In this document: piece after piece, positions 27,359-37,102 of the stretch
Layout of the letters: each line of letters begins with the position of its first letter
Numbering within the stretch: position 1 is the stretch's first letter
From: Candidatus Thorarchaeota archaeon
GTDB taxonomy: Archaea > Asgardarchaeota > Thorarchaeia > Thorarchaeales > Thorarchaeaceae
Reading direction: 5' to 3'
NCBI GenBank assembly: GCA_020348985.1
Contig: CP070761.1
Location: forward strand, 2,245,050 to 2,283,849
DNA length: 38,800 nucleotides
Translations under genes and position numbers: made by a program
The notes under the pieces: generated by a model
What the model was told of the DNA's origin: nothing
Databases searched by the model: none
The model's input: the letters and a program-made list of their open reading frames with translations, nothing else

Positions 27359-28558
27359 CTACTTCCTTGACATGAAATCTTCCAATCGATTCATTGCCTG
27401 GTCAATCATGTCAGGTGGAGGAAGGAAGACGCTTCTGAAGTGGTCCTTTCCGAATTCGGGCGAGAACCCTGAACCCGGGACAAAGACAACTCCGGTAGAG
27501 TCCAACACATCAAGCACGAATTCAGTGTCATTAGTCCATCGATTCCTAAGGTCAACCTTCGGCATGATGTAGAAAGCAGCCTGTGGAATCGTGGTGGAAA
27601 TTGAATCTATGTCGTTCAATCTCTTTGCTATCAGGTCTCTTCTCTCTCTAAGCTTTCGCATCATTTCACCAAGATAGCTGCCGTCACTCCTCAGTGCTGC
27701 AATAGATGCTACTTGAGCCACAGAGTTAGCACAGATGCGGATTCTAGCTTGACGAACCATGGCATCTCTTAGCGGCTCAAGCTCACCGTTTTCATCGTGG
27801 AAATATACATAACCAACCCTCCAGCCCGGTGCAAGATACACCTTGCTGACACCATTGAATCCCACAACTGGAATCTCACCAGCAGCCTTGACCATCGGAG
27901 TCTGAACCTTGTCGAATGTGAGTTGGTCGTAGATTTCGTCTGTGATAAGAGGAAGCTTGTGTTCTCCCGCAATTGACGCTATTTCCTTCAACGTCTTCTC
28001 ATCATAGACTGCTCCTGTAGGATTATTGGGATTAATCACCACAATGCCAACAGTCTTCTCATTGATTCGTCTTCTAAGATCATCTATGTCAGGAATCCAG
28101 TCTTCTTCCTCGATCGTGCGATACTGAACAGGTCGACCTCCAAAGAACCCTATATAGGAAATGTAAGGCGGGTAACTCGGTCCTGGTACCAGGAACTCAG
28201 ATCCGTCCTTAACCAATGCACCAGCCAGGAACTCAATGGCCTCTGAAACTCCCGATGTTACCAAGACACGTTCAGGATCCAAATCGATTGAGTTTACTCT
28301 CTTCTCCTTTTCAGTCGCAGCACGTCGAAGCTCATCGATGCCTTCAGATGGTGCGTAACCGTTTGCACCTTCTTCTGCTGCTTGGGCGATTGCAGTCACC
28401 ATGAAGCCAGGCGTCTTCCAATCATACTTGATTGGGTCCCCTATGTTTAGGTATAGCGGCGTCTCTTCCTTCGTCTTCTCGTATCGCTTAGCAGCAACAA
28501 CAATGTCTCTGATTGCGTAAGTGAGATTGGAAGCACGCTTCGTAATCGAAAGTTTCAT
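27359..28558 (-). CDS. PLP-dependent class I/II aminotransferase (AlaA-like alanine aminotransferase)
   Basis: LNIGDP, GVSEAI, INPNNPTGAVY, DEIYD, SKVYLAPGWRVG (PLP Lys) and VPGSGF. Confidence 0.93.
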   Translation of the reverse strand: MKLSITKRASNLTYAIRDIVVAAKRYEKTKEETPLYLNIGDPIKYDWKTPGFMVTAIAQAAEEGANGYAPSEGIDELRRAATEKEKRVNSIDLDPERVLVTSGVSEAIEFLAGALVKDGSEFLVPGPSYPPYISYIGFFGGRPVQYRTIEEEDWIPDIDDLRRRINEKTVGIVVINPNNPTGAVYDEKTLKEIASIAGEHKLPLITDEIYDQLTFDKVQTPMVKAAGEIPVVGFNGVSKVYLAPGWRVGYVYFHDENGELEPLRDAMVRQARIRICANSVAQVASIAALRSDGSYLGEMMRKLRERRDLIAKRLNDIDSISTTIPQAAFYIMPKVDLRNRWTNDTEFVLDVLDSTGVVFVPGSGFSPEFGKDHFRSVFLPPPDMIDQAMNRLEDFMSRK

Positions 28559-28638
28559 TGTCAGAACCAAGCCTCGCTTGAGGCTTGCCTCTCTAAATAC
28601 ATTTGGGGGTCGTTACTAGGCGAGAGCCTTCGTAGCCG

Positions 28639-29028
28639 CTACTTGCCTAGTAAATTGCCAATCTCCATGGCATATTTGCGCATCTGATTTATGGCAAGTC
28701 CCATGGTCGTCAAATCTCGTGCTGAACCCATCAGCAAGAACTCGCCTGCGTGTGATAGCACTACAAATCCGTCTTTTCCACGAATGATTACCTCGTATAG
28801 CTCACTCAGGTCCAGTTTCTGTGCTGCCATTTCTCCTTGGACAAGTAGTGCGGCGCTGACCGCTGCCATAAGATCGGGGTCGGCGTCCGAATCCTCTGTT
28901 GCGAAGTACGCAAGCTTGACTCCCTGCTTACTTACAACAGCAATTGCATCCAAGTCAGCGTAGTTTGTGAGACCCATAAGTAGCTCTACGAGTTCTTTCT
29001 CTTTTTGCGGGTCAAGTTGGCTCGACAT
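28639..29028 (-). CDS. Roadblock/LC7 protein
   Basis: AIAVVSKQGV...DPDLMAAVSAALL..GE...L..VIIRGKDG...MGL. Confidence 0.9.
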   Translation of the reverse strand: MSSQLDPQKEKELVELLMGLTNYADLDAIAVVSKQGVKLAYFATEDSDADPDLMAAVSAALLVQGEMAAQKLDLSELYEVIIRGKDGFVVLSHAGEFLLMGSARDLTTMGLAINQMRKYAMEIGNLLGK

Positions 29029-29057
29029 GTTTCCAATCTCCACTTTGGGTAGTCAAT

Positions 29058-29975
29058 TCATTTTGCCACTAGTTTCTTCTTAGTCTTTCGTGGCTTCTTT
29101 GGCTCTGGTGTGGTTTCTCCAGTATCGATTTCCGATCTGAAGAAGCTGATGAGGTCAGTGAGTCTTTCTCTCATTTCTGCCTTGATTGGACTGAGAATCG
29201 CATCTGGAGTTCCCTTGAGAAGCTCTATCCCTAAGACTCTGCCCTCTTTGACAATGACTCGGGGGATGAACCCTTCAGCCATAAAACTCCCTTCAGGAGG
29301 GTCCTTGACCTTCTCAAATTTCCTCTCAACAGTCTCTTGACCAAAAACCACACGTCGATGTTCGGCAACTGTGTAAAGCTCGTTGTAGACAATCAAAAGC
29401 TCTCTCTGATAGCCTTCCGGCGGATCTGTCCCTTCAAGTTCTTTGATCATAGTATCGAGAACATCCTGAGATACCGGTGCTGTGGTCACAACGGGTGCCG
29501 GTGCCGCGGGCTTAGCAGCCGGTGGAGGTTTTGGTGCTGCTGGTATCGGCTTAGCTTTTGATTCAGCAGGCTTTGGTGAGGGTGCAGCTGGCTTTGGTTC
29601 CGCTACAGCTTCGGCAGGCGCCGCAGCTTCTGCAGGTTCTGCCTTTGGCGGTGTCGGTGGCGGAGCTGCTTCACCAGGTTTCATAACTCGAACCGCAGCT
29701 GTTGTCCCGTCAAGTGCGGAGAAGAATGTAGGAGGTTCCTCACCTTCGTCAACCGGTCTTACCTTGAAATTGAATCCGTACTCACTTCTGAGGTTCGTTG
29801 CTACACGTGCCCCGATGAATTTCTTTCTTACTCCAGCTTGCGACCCTTTCCACAAGTAGATACTCTTGGTTTCATCGTCGACAACACAAACGACTTGGCC
29901 TGAGTCTAGTGACTCCTTGGTCAGCTCCATCTCCTGGAGAGTGCCGTCTTCAGAAACCACATAGCCGGTAACCAT
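29058..29975 (-). CDS. Asgard gelsolin-domain protein (one gelsolin domain + Pro/Ala linker + C-terminal domain; 1DGelX-like)
   Basis: SLDSGQVVCVVD...IYLWKGSQA...KF.GA..A...VDEGEEPPTFF is a gelsolin repeat signature, followed by a roughly 70 aa PAEK-rich linker, an alpha/beta domain and a basic tail. Confidence 0.85.
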   Translation of the reverse strand: MVTGYVVSEDGTLQEMELTKESLDSGQVVCVVDDETKSIYLWKGSQAGVRKKFIGARVATNLRSEYGFNFKVRPVDEGEEPPTFFSALDGTTAAVRVMKPGEAAPPPTPPKAEPAEAAAPAEAVAEPKPAAPSPKPAESKAKPIPAAPKPPPAAKPAAPAPVVTTAPVSQDVLDTMIKELEGTDPPEGYQRELLIVYNELYTVAEHRRVVFGQETVERKFEKVKDPPEGSFMAEGFIPRVIVKEGRVLGIELLKGTPDAILSPIKAEMRERLTDLISFFRSEIDTGETTPEPKKPRKTKKKLVAK

Positions 29976-30231
29976 ATCCAATCACAACGCATGTCGCTTA
30001 TGCCTCGGCAATCAGGACTCCGAAGCTAAGCCCCTCAATCTCCCAGATTGTACTGGGGCCGAATCGAATTCCTGGCGCCACCTCAAACTTATCGCAATTA
30101 ACAGTTAGTGATATAATACTCTTGTTGTGGTAGATATGAGCAGTTCTTGAGATGTTTGAGCACCAGGGACGTCTTAATATGATTGGAGAATCCTTATTAT
30201 CCACCTTGGCCTGCTATTCAGGCTGTTGACG

Positions 30232-31296
30232 ATGAGCGACTTGGAAGATAGAATTTCTGTATACAAAGAACACCTCAAAGAAGTGAAGGGTCTTGGTTGG
30301 TTCCGGATTATCATTGGATTCATAGCATCCACCATCTTGATGGTTGCATCCACTTGGGGGCTACTGATTTTCATATCGTCAATAGGTCTATACAATATTG
30401 CCCCTGAAAATATAGGCCCATACACAACCTACTTCCTTTTGGGCACACCAGTTGCAACAGTTGTTGCCGCGCTAATCTGTATTCTTCTGATAAAGCGTCC
30501 CGAATACGGTACTCTTCTAATGAGGTTGCACATGAGGCTGAAACATGGCGCGGGTGAGTACTTTCTCTCGCCCGAGGCGAAAGACCTAGACCTGAATACC
30601 ATCCTCCGCAGATCGATTTATGGCTCGATTCTTGTGGTTGGAATTGCTCTTACGGCAGTGAGTCAGGTCTTGCTAACGAACATCTCCCCTGAGTACATAA
30701 TTGTGCTTGGAGGCTATGTTACACTTGCGAGCATTATCATCCTGCCATTCACAATGATGCAGTTCTACTATGCACCTTGGATAATTAAGGAGTCAGGCTT
30801 CTTCCATCTTGATGTTCCAGATCGTTCATTCTCAAATGTGGGTGACAATATAGAGGATATTCTGGAATTCGTTGCTGGGGTTGATATTGTGCTAGTTCTG
30901 ATTGAACTCACCCTTGCGACTGACTTGTGGGTTGCTGGATTCATCTTCTTGGTGGTTCTTGGTCCATTGCTTTCGATTGTACTCAACTTCACATTGGTCT
31001 ACGCGGTAGCCAGAAAGCAAGCAACCTTAGCCATGATCAAGTATCTTCTTGAGAAGCGTCAGGTTCCAGATATACTAGGTTCGAAGGACGAGATTCGTCA
31101 GAAGGTCATAGCCCTCGTTGATAGACCAAGGCTCGCAAAGCTATTGCAGGAAGAGGTTTCCACATCACCCACCGAGGAACACTCTGCTGTAAGTGACATT
31201 GAGGAGCCAATCGAAGAGATAAGGTTAGAATCATCCGAGCCTGAAGAGGGAAAAGAAGAAGCCGAGCATGTTGATGCCGACGACTACACTTGGTGA
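30232..31296 (+). CDS. Multi-pass membrane protein of unknown function with acidic C-terminal tail
   Basis: About 6 hydrophobic segments and an E/D-rich tail ending DADDYTW. Confidence 0.75.
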   Translation: MSDLEDRISVYKEHLKEVKGLGWFRIIIGFIASTILMVASTWGLLIFISSIGLYNIAPENIGPYTTYFLLGTPVATVVAALICILLIKRPEYGTLLMRLHMRLKHGAGEYFLSPEAKDLDLNTILRRSIYGSILVVGIALTAVSQVLLTNISPEYIIVLGGYVTLASIIILPFTMMQFYYAPWIIKESGFFHLDVPDRSFSNVGDNIEDILEFVAGVDIVLVLIELTLATDLWVAGFIFLVVLGPLLSIVLNFTLVYAVARKQATLAMIKYLLEKRQVPDILGSKDEIRQKVIALVDRPRLAKLLQEEVSTSPTEEHSAVSDIEEPIEEIRLESSEPEEGKEEAEHVDADDYTW

Positions 31297-32351
31297 TTGA
31301 GTAAGTGCGCATTGGTTTCACTGAAGCTGAACGACACAGTTATTCCAGTTGATTCGAGTAGCTCTTCTACCAGTCTGTCGTCATTTGTCTCAACAACAAC
31401 ATCCTGTCCTTCGAAAGACAATTTGATCCTGAAAGATCCGGTCTGTGGTACTACCCCAAGCACGCGACCTCTGATGCCTTTGACTGATACTTCGGTGCTC
31501 AGAACTACGTCTTCTGGCTTGACTGTGAATGAGACCTCCATACCAACCGGTGCACTACCTGTGACTCGAAATAAGTGACCGCCGACTCTCACAGTTGCTG
31601 TGTTTCCTGATGACTCTTCTACTACACCTGAGAACACATTTCCGCTTCCAAGAAACCGGGCAACAAAGGCACTGCGAGGACTATCGTAAAGATCCTGGGG
31701 CTCCCCAATCTGAACGACTACTCCTTCGTTGAGAACTGCAATCCGGTCCGATATCGCAAACGCTTCATCCTGACTATGCGTGACATAAATCGTTGTCACT
31801 CCCAGTGTCTTCTGAACTTCCTTGATTTCCATCTGTAGCCTCTCACGTAGCTGTGGATCAAGAGCGGACAATGGTTCATCGAGAAGGAGTAGTCTAGGCC
31901 TCAAAGCAAGCGCTCGTGCAAGTGCAACACGCTGCGCCTCCCCGCCGCTCACCTCGTTTGTACGCCTCATTAGAAGCCGTTGGATTCTAAGGATTTCCGA
32001 TAGTTCCTCAACTCTCTCAACGGTTTCAGACTGGCTCCAACCCGCCATCTCGGGTCCAAACGCTATGTTCTGATATACCGTCATATGTGGAAAAAGGGCA
32101 GCAGACTGAAAGACCATCCCGATTCCTCTTTCTCTCGGGGGTACTGCTTGAACGTCAATTCCATCAAATCTGATACTGCCTTCTAGAGGTTGAATAAACC
32201 CAGCAATCATTCTCAGAGTCGTAGTCTTCCCAGAGCCGCTAGGTCCGAGCATAGTCAATAGCTCGCCGTCTTCAACTGTCAAGCTGATTGGGCCCACAAA
32301 GGTCCCATCCTTAAAGACTCGTTTCATCCCGTCCAGTTCAACTCTAACCAT
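31284..32351 (-). CDS. thiQ: ABC transporter ATP-binding protein (thiamine, ThiQ/PotA-like with TOBE domain)
   Basis: GPSGSGKT, VSGGEAQR, LLLDEP and YVTH; last gene of the thiamine ABC operon. Confidence 0.85.
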   Translation of the reverse strand: MVRVELDGMKRVFKDGTFVGPISLTVEDGELLTMLGPSGSGKTTTLRMIAGFIQPLEGSIRFDGIDVQAVPPRERGIGMVFQSAALFPHMTVYQNIAFGPEMAGWSQSETVERVEELSEILRIQRLLMRRTNEVSGGEAQRVALARALALRPRLLLLDEPLSALDPQLRERLQMEIKEVQKTLGVTTIYVTHSQDEAFAISDRIAVLNEGVVVQIGEPQDLYDSPRSAFVARFLGSGNVFSGVVEESSGNTATVRVGGHLFRVTGSAPVGMEVSFTVKPEDVVLSTEVSVKGIRGRVLGVVPQTGSFRIKLSFEGQDVVVETNDDRLVEELLESTGITVSFSFSETNAHLLNHQV

Positions 32352-34019
32352 CTAGGGAGTGCCTCCTTGAGCTGTCTCTGAGAATCGTTCAATTACGAGA
32401 AAAGCTATGAAACAGATTGCTGCTACAATTAGTGCGCTTGCACCGGCTTCTACGAACTTGCGAACGCCAAGAAACTGGTAGATAGCGATTGAGAGCGTGG
32501 TGTTCTGAGGAAGGGCGATGAACAACGTGGCAGACATCTCGCCGATTGCCATCGCGAATGCAAAAACAGCACCCACAAGAATACCCGGAGCTAGAAGGGG
32601 AAACTCAACATACAGAAGCCTCTGCAGTCTGCTGGCGCCCAAGGAGTCTGCTTGGTCCAAGATTTCAGGGTCAATGTTCTGTAGGGCAATCTCTATTGCT
32701 CGAGTACTGAACGGTAGTCCTATGATTGTCTGAGCCACGACTATCACCATCCACGGATTCGTGTTTAGTCCGAGTGGCACTGTGATTGCCAACATCAATC
32801 CATAGGCTACGGTGATTGCCGAGACTCCTAGGGGCAACAGAGTAAGTGAGGACGCCAATGAGGGGACAGCGCGTACTCTCGACTTGTGCGAGTAGGCGAG
32901 TGACAAGCCCAAAACCACGGCGAGGATTGTTGCTAGTAGGGAGTAAGACAGAGAGTTTAGAAGAGGAAGCAGTCCGCCACCAGTCCCAGGTGCAAGAAGA
33001 TTGGTGAAGCCACGAAACGTGTATTCTCCAGCGAATGGATCGAATACGGCGGCTTGGACTATCGCTATGAATGGGCCTGCAACTAAGACCATGAGTGATG
33101 CCACGTAAATGGCGACGAGGATTCGCTCGCGGTTTGCCAGCTCAGCAAGTTCTCGGGTCTTCATGTAACTCGTTATGACTGCACCATCGTCGCTTGTTCT
33201 CGTCAGTTTGACGTAGCTATAAGCCAATGCGAGAGTGATGACAACTTGTGTTAGAGCCAGTATACTAGCTTCATCGTACTCAAAGTATCTGAATGCATTC
33301 CAGATCTGAACCTCCAAAGTCATCAGCCTTCCTTCTCCCAAAGCGAGTACAATCGGGAATGACATGAAGCAGAACATGAAGATCAGAATACTCGAGGCTG
33401 CAACTGACGACTTGATTTGAGGAGCAACAATCCTCACAAACTTCTGGGTCACGGAAGCTCCAAGAATTTCAGCACTCTCCTCAACTTCTGGACTAAGCCT
33501 TTCAAGCGAAGCTGACACCATGAGAATGACAAGAGGTATGTTGTAGAAAACATGTGCAAGTACAATCCCCAAAATACCTGAAGAAAGGTTGACTACCGAT
33601 TCGCTTGCATTCAGGAGTGTCATCAGAGCTGCATCGATTAGTCCCCCTGACCCGAAGACACGAAGGAACCCAACAACCACGACGATAGGTGGCAACACAA
33701 ATGGTACGAGAATGAGTGCCCGTAGTAGGGATCTACCTCTGAATCTGAATCTCGTAAGGAAGTATGCTCCTGGCAGTCCAACTAGGACTGACAGCAAGGT
33801 ACTCAATCCCGCTTGTCCTAATGTGAACCACAAAGTTCGTTGAGTCACTTGTGATGAGAACGTATCCACAAGTATAGTGAAAGGATCAGAGATGATACCG
33901 CCAATGAGAACTACTATCACTGGATATACGAGAAAGATAAGAAGGATGACTATGGGAACCACTATGACGAGTAAAGAGCCGATTCTCTCTGTGATGTGCC
34001 CCTTTACTCGCTTTTCCAC
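32352..34019 (-). CDS. thiP: ABC transporter permease with two TM modules (ThiP/FbpB-like)
   Basis: Two EAA loops (EESAEILGAS, DQADSLGAS), PFVLPPIVV and GEMSAT. Confidence 0.88.
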   Translation of the reverse strand: MEKRVKGHITERIGSLLVIVVPIVILLIFLVYPVIVVLIGGIISDPFTILVDTFSSQVTQRTLWFTLGQAGLSTLLSVLVGLPGAYFLTRFRFRGRSLLRALILVPFVLPPIVVVVGFLRVFGSGGLIDAALMTLLNASESVVNLSSGILGIVLAHVFYNIPLVILMVSASLERLSPEVEESAEILGASVTQKFVRIVAPQIKSSVAASSILIFMFCFMSFPIVLALGEGRLMTLEVQIWNAFRYFEYDEASILALTQVVITLALAYSYVKLTRTSDDGAVITSYMKTRELAELANRERILVAIYVASLMVLVAGPFIAIVQAAVFDPFAGEYTFRGFTNLLAPGTGGGLLPLLNSLSYSLLATILAVVLGLSLAYSHKSRVRAVPSLASSLTLLPLGVSAITVAYGLMLAITVPLGLNTNPWMVIVVAQTIIGLPFSTRAIEIALQNIDPEILDQADSLGASRLQRLLYVEFPLLAPGILVGAVFAFAMAIGEMSATLFIALPQNTTLSIAIYQFLGVRKFVEAGASALIVAAICFIAFLVIERFSETAQGGTP

Positions 34020-34028
34020 CTAATCCCC

Positions 34029-35171
34029 TCACCATGATGTGATTATATTTTCCCATTCATCCAACCATGTCGTTAGGTTGGCTGCAATCTCGGCAGCGGA
34101 GAGAAGGTCATTCAGTGGGCTCACATCATCAGGATGAAGGGCGTAGTCAAACGCTGGATGAAGTGTAACATCCATGTTTGCAGGAAACATCCACTGATTG
34201 GTTGCAATGTTTTCTTGGACCGCACTTGTCAAACAGTACTCAATGAAAGCTCTGGCTATAGTTGGGTTTGGTCCGTTCTTGACAAGCCCGATTCCCTCTA
34301 TCTGTAACCAAGCATAGTCATTACCATCGTGGTGATACGGAGCGACACTGGTTGTAGGGGCTTCACCTGACCACCATGAAGAATAGGCAGGATCTGTGCC
34401 ATAGCTGACCAACAGTTTCCTCTCCGGATCCAAGTCCCATACTTCCCATGCCTCGCTCCATCCTGGCTGAATGTTAATGTCGTCCTTGACGGCACTCCAC
34501 CAGTCCTCCCAGTCTTGTCCCAGAAGTTTCTCCTGAAATGCGATCTCAGACAATAGAAAGGCGAGTCCAGGGCTGCTGAAAAATGGGTTCTCAGTGACTA
34601 GGGCCGATGCCAACTCGGGTGTTGCTAGGTCTGAGAACGTCAGTGCATCCAGCTCAGGATTCGTGGTGGCATTGATTTCAATCGAATCGAATATCACCGT
34701 CACAAGTCCGAAATCAAATGGTACGACATGATGTTGGGGGTCCAGAAGGTTGACAAGTGTGTCGTTGATTAGATTGAGATTGCTTGGCGTAAAGGGCGTT
34801 AATACTGACTTGGCCTCCTCTTGGAGGATTAGGATGTTGTCAATCCCGATGACAACGTCTGCAACTGGATTTGCAGCTTCGGCCACGAGTCTGGATACTA
34901 TTCCGTTTGCATCTGTGGTTAGTCTCTCTATCCGAACTTCAACGCCGTATTGCTCCTCGAAAGCGTCGAATGTTCTGTTGTCGATAGTTGCTGGGTCATC
35001 ACCCCAGACCATGAAGGAATCATATGTGTATACCCTAAGAACGACGGGTTCAGTTTCCCGCCCCATCCAATCAACGATCAGTAGTGATGCAACAGCAAGG
35101 ATGGCTACAATGATGACAGCCCCAGCAATCTTTGCAGGGTCTCGCCTTCTTGGATAGGAAGGACTAGACAA
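34029..35171 (-). CDS. thiB: Thiamine ABC transporter substrate-binding protein, N-terminally membrane-anchored
   Basis: VYTYDSF, ADVVIGIDN, SSPGLAFL, GWSEAW, VSYGTDP, QIEG and NQWMFP are TbpA/ThiB motifs. Confidence 0.9.
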   Translation of the reverse strand: MSSPSYPRRRDPAKIAGAVIIVAILAVASLLIVDWMGRETEPVVLRVYTYDSFMVWGDDPATIDNRTFDAFEEQYGVEVRIERLTTDANGIVSRLVAEAANPVADVVIGIDNILILQEEAKSVLTPFTPSNLNLINDTLVNLLDPQHHVVPFDFGLVTVIFDSIEINATTNPELDALTFSDLATPELASALVTENPFFSSPGLAFLLSEIAFQEKLLGQDWEDWWSAVKDDINIQPGWSEAWEVWDLDPERKLLVSYGTDPAYSSWWSGEAPTTSVAPYHHDGNDYAWLQIEGIGLVKNGPNPTIARAFIEYCLTSAVQENIATNQWMFPANMDVTLHPAFDYALHPDDVSPLNDLLSAAEIAANLTTWLDEWENIITSW

Positions 35172-35187
35172 TCTTTTTCACCACGTT

Positions 35188-35233
35188 TATATCGGAGTTA
35201 TACAACAGGGTTATAGAAGCAAACCCCGATATA
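35188..35233. promoter_or_regulatory. Tandem palindromic boxes (TATAWC-N3-GWTATA), candidate ThiR operator
   Basis: TATATC-GGA-GTTATA (35188-35202), TACAAC-AGG-GTTATA (35201-35215) and a weaker GCAAAC-CCC-GATATA (35219-35233), in the 85-bp gap between the divergent thiB and thiR genes. Confidence 0.6.
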
Positions 35234-35256
35234 TAGCTTCCCTCGGAGACCGAACC

Positions 35257-36183
35257 ATGAGACCTCCTTGCGAACTTGTTCAACGAGAGTTTCTACCTGT
35301 AGTCAGATCCAAGATGGCCAGAAATCTGAGTGAGAATGGCCTTTCACAAACAGAGATTGCCAATGTAATGGAGATAACCCAAGCTGCGGTGAGCAAGTAT
35401 CTCAAACAACCAATATCGACAGACCTGCCGGAAAGCGCGTTCGACTCTCTTGTGTCAAGCCTGGTTAGAGAAGCTGCGTCAATGCCAGCAAACAGTGACA
35501 GTCTTGTGAAGGAACTCTGTTCTGCGTGCATGAGCCTCAGGATTGGCTCTCATATCTGCGATCTTCATCAGGATCGTGTGCCATCACTGAAGGAAGCAGG
35601 ATGTCAAATCTGTCCGGAGTTGCTGGGCGGAGCTGATGTTGGACTTGCTGGACAAGCCGCGGTTCTGCGCGACATGATTGATGCGATTGGTTTCATAGAG
35701 TCAATATCAGGGTTCGAGTTCGTAATTCCTCAAGTGAGGGCGAATCTTGTAGCTTGTGACGAGAGTGCAGATTCGATTTCGGAGGTGGCCGGAGTCCCAG
35801 GTCGAATCCTCTTGGTTGATGGAAAAGCACGTGCGCATGCCAATCCCCAGTTTGGCGCTTCTCGCCATACAGCACAGATTCTCCTTTGGGCGAAGGACCA
35901 ATACAAAAACATCCGATCGTGTCTTTGTCTCAGTGGTCAGCCCCCTGTGGTCGAAGCTGCCAGGACTGTTGGGTTCGAGATAACGGAACTACACACCGCA
36001 TCAAAAGACGTTGATTCTATCATTGACGCTGTGGACGAGATTAAAGCCCGACGGAGAGCAGATACGAGTAATCCAGCAATTCATGTACCAGGCGGAGTCG
36101 GTGTTGAGCCAATCCTGTACCTTTTCGGGTCCTCGGCATTGGACCTTGGCATCCAATGTGGCAAGATCATTGAATCTTTGTGA
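35257..36183 (+). CDS. thiR: ThiR transcriptional regulator (HTH + ThiN-like thiamine-phosphate-sensing domain)
   Basis: MRPPCE...LSQTEIANVMEITQAAVSKYL (HTH); IPQVRANL, VAGVPGRI, PQFGASRH and GGVGVEPILY (ThiN domain). Divergent from the thiamine transporter. Confidence 0.88.
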   Translation: MRPPCELVQREFLPVVRSKMARNLSENGLSQTEIANVMEITQAAVSKYLKQPISTDLPESAFDSLVSSLVREAASMPANSDSLVKELCSACMSLRIGSHICDLHQDRVPSLKEAGCQICPELLGGADVGLAGQAAVLRDMIDAIGFIESISGFEFVIPQVRANLVACDESADSISEVAGVPGRILLVDGKARAHANPQFGASRHTAQILLWAKDQYKNIRSCLCLSGQPPVVEAARTVGFEITELHTASKDVDSIIDAVDEIKARRRADTSNPAIHVPGGVGVEPILYLFGSSALDLGIQCGKIIESL

Positions 36184-36253
36184 AAACAGAAGATTGTCAT
36201 ACACATGCTTATCATATTGTGCCCGACCTAATAGTGACCGAGGGAAACTCAGC

Positions 36254-37102
36254 ATGGTGAAGATCCGGCCGGGCATAATGAGAGACTGCAAAGACCTACT
36301 CATGGTCTATATGGGTACTCATTGGGCCGACGGTTACACCACAGTCGAGCAAATAAAGACGGTTCACCGTGGCATCATCTTCAACAAATGGGGCTGGCTG
36401 GTGGCTGAGGAAAAGGGCACAGTAGTGGGAGAAGTAATCTTTCGGATTGAAAAGAATCCAGCTCTTGGCAGGATTGGCATAATCCGTGACATAGGCGTTG
36501 ATGTTCGCTTTCAGAAGAGAAAGATCGGAACGAAGTTGACACGTGCCGCAGAAGATGTTCTTCGGGAGAAAGGTGCAAACAGAGTTCTTGCGACAACCCC
36601 TCCTGAGGCTCGCAACTACTGGATCAAAGTTGGATACTTCGCGAAGGGAATGAGTCACCGAATTGAAATATCCCCAGCGAAAGTCCCCGCACGCAAGACC
36701 AAGGCAGTCATCACATCTCAGCCAAAAGAGACAAAGAAGTTGCCTACTAGCATGAGCTTCTCTCACATTGGATATCCTGGACTACTCGCCGAAATTGCAA
36801 GCGAGATCGTCGATTATGGCAAGAAAGGTCGGCTCTTTGAATACTATGTCGGCAAGAGTCTGGCGGGTGTGGGGGCTATCGTTTTGCAGGATGATAAGTC
36901 TGCGCTTTTCTCGGCAGACGTGACCAAGAGGGGGCTGGAACATTTGGATGTCGCATTGCTTCGAACTGCAAAGGGTGCCTCAAACTTGAGAGCAAAGAAA
37001 GTATGCAGCGTCATTCCCAAAGAGCACTTCGCTCTCGTTCAGAACCTGGCACCTTGGCGAAGTACCCTTGAAAGAGACATACCTGTCACTAGGCTAATCT
37101 AG
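36254..37102 (+). CDS. GNAT family N-acetyltransferase with a second degenerate GNAT-like domain
   Basis: From ATG 36254: WLVAEEKGTVVG, IGVDVRFQKRKIGTKL (motif A) and ARNYWIKVGY. Confidence 0.85.
   Translation: MVKIRPGIMRDCKDLLMVYMGTHWADGYTTVEQIKTVHRGIIFNKWGWLVAEEKGTVVGEVIFRIEKNPALGRIGIIRDIGVDVRFQKRKIGTKLTRAAEDVLREKGANRVLATTPPEARNYWIKVGYFAKGMSHRIEISPAKVPARKTKAVITSQPKETKKLPTSMSFSHIGYPGLLAEIASEIVDYGKKGRLFEYYVGKSLAGVGAIVLQDDKSALFSADVTKRGLEHLDVALLRTAKGASNLRAKKVCSVIPKEHFALVQNLAPWRSTLERDIPVTRLI

Noticed and set aside
29482-29859. Gly/Ala-rich 125 aa ORF on the + strand
   Set aside because: Antisense shadow of the Pro/Ala linker of the gelsolin gene.
29990-30090. tRNA-like sequence (TTCGA-like motif, GC-rich ends) in the intergenic gap
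   Set aside because: Could not fold a cloverleaf on either strand: no matching acceptor stem or anticodon arm.
35172-35256. TPP riboswitch upstream of the thiamine transporter
   Set aside because: Only 85 bp, no CUGAGA core; regulation is better explained by ThiR.
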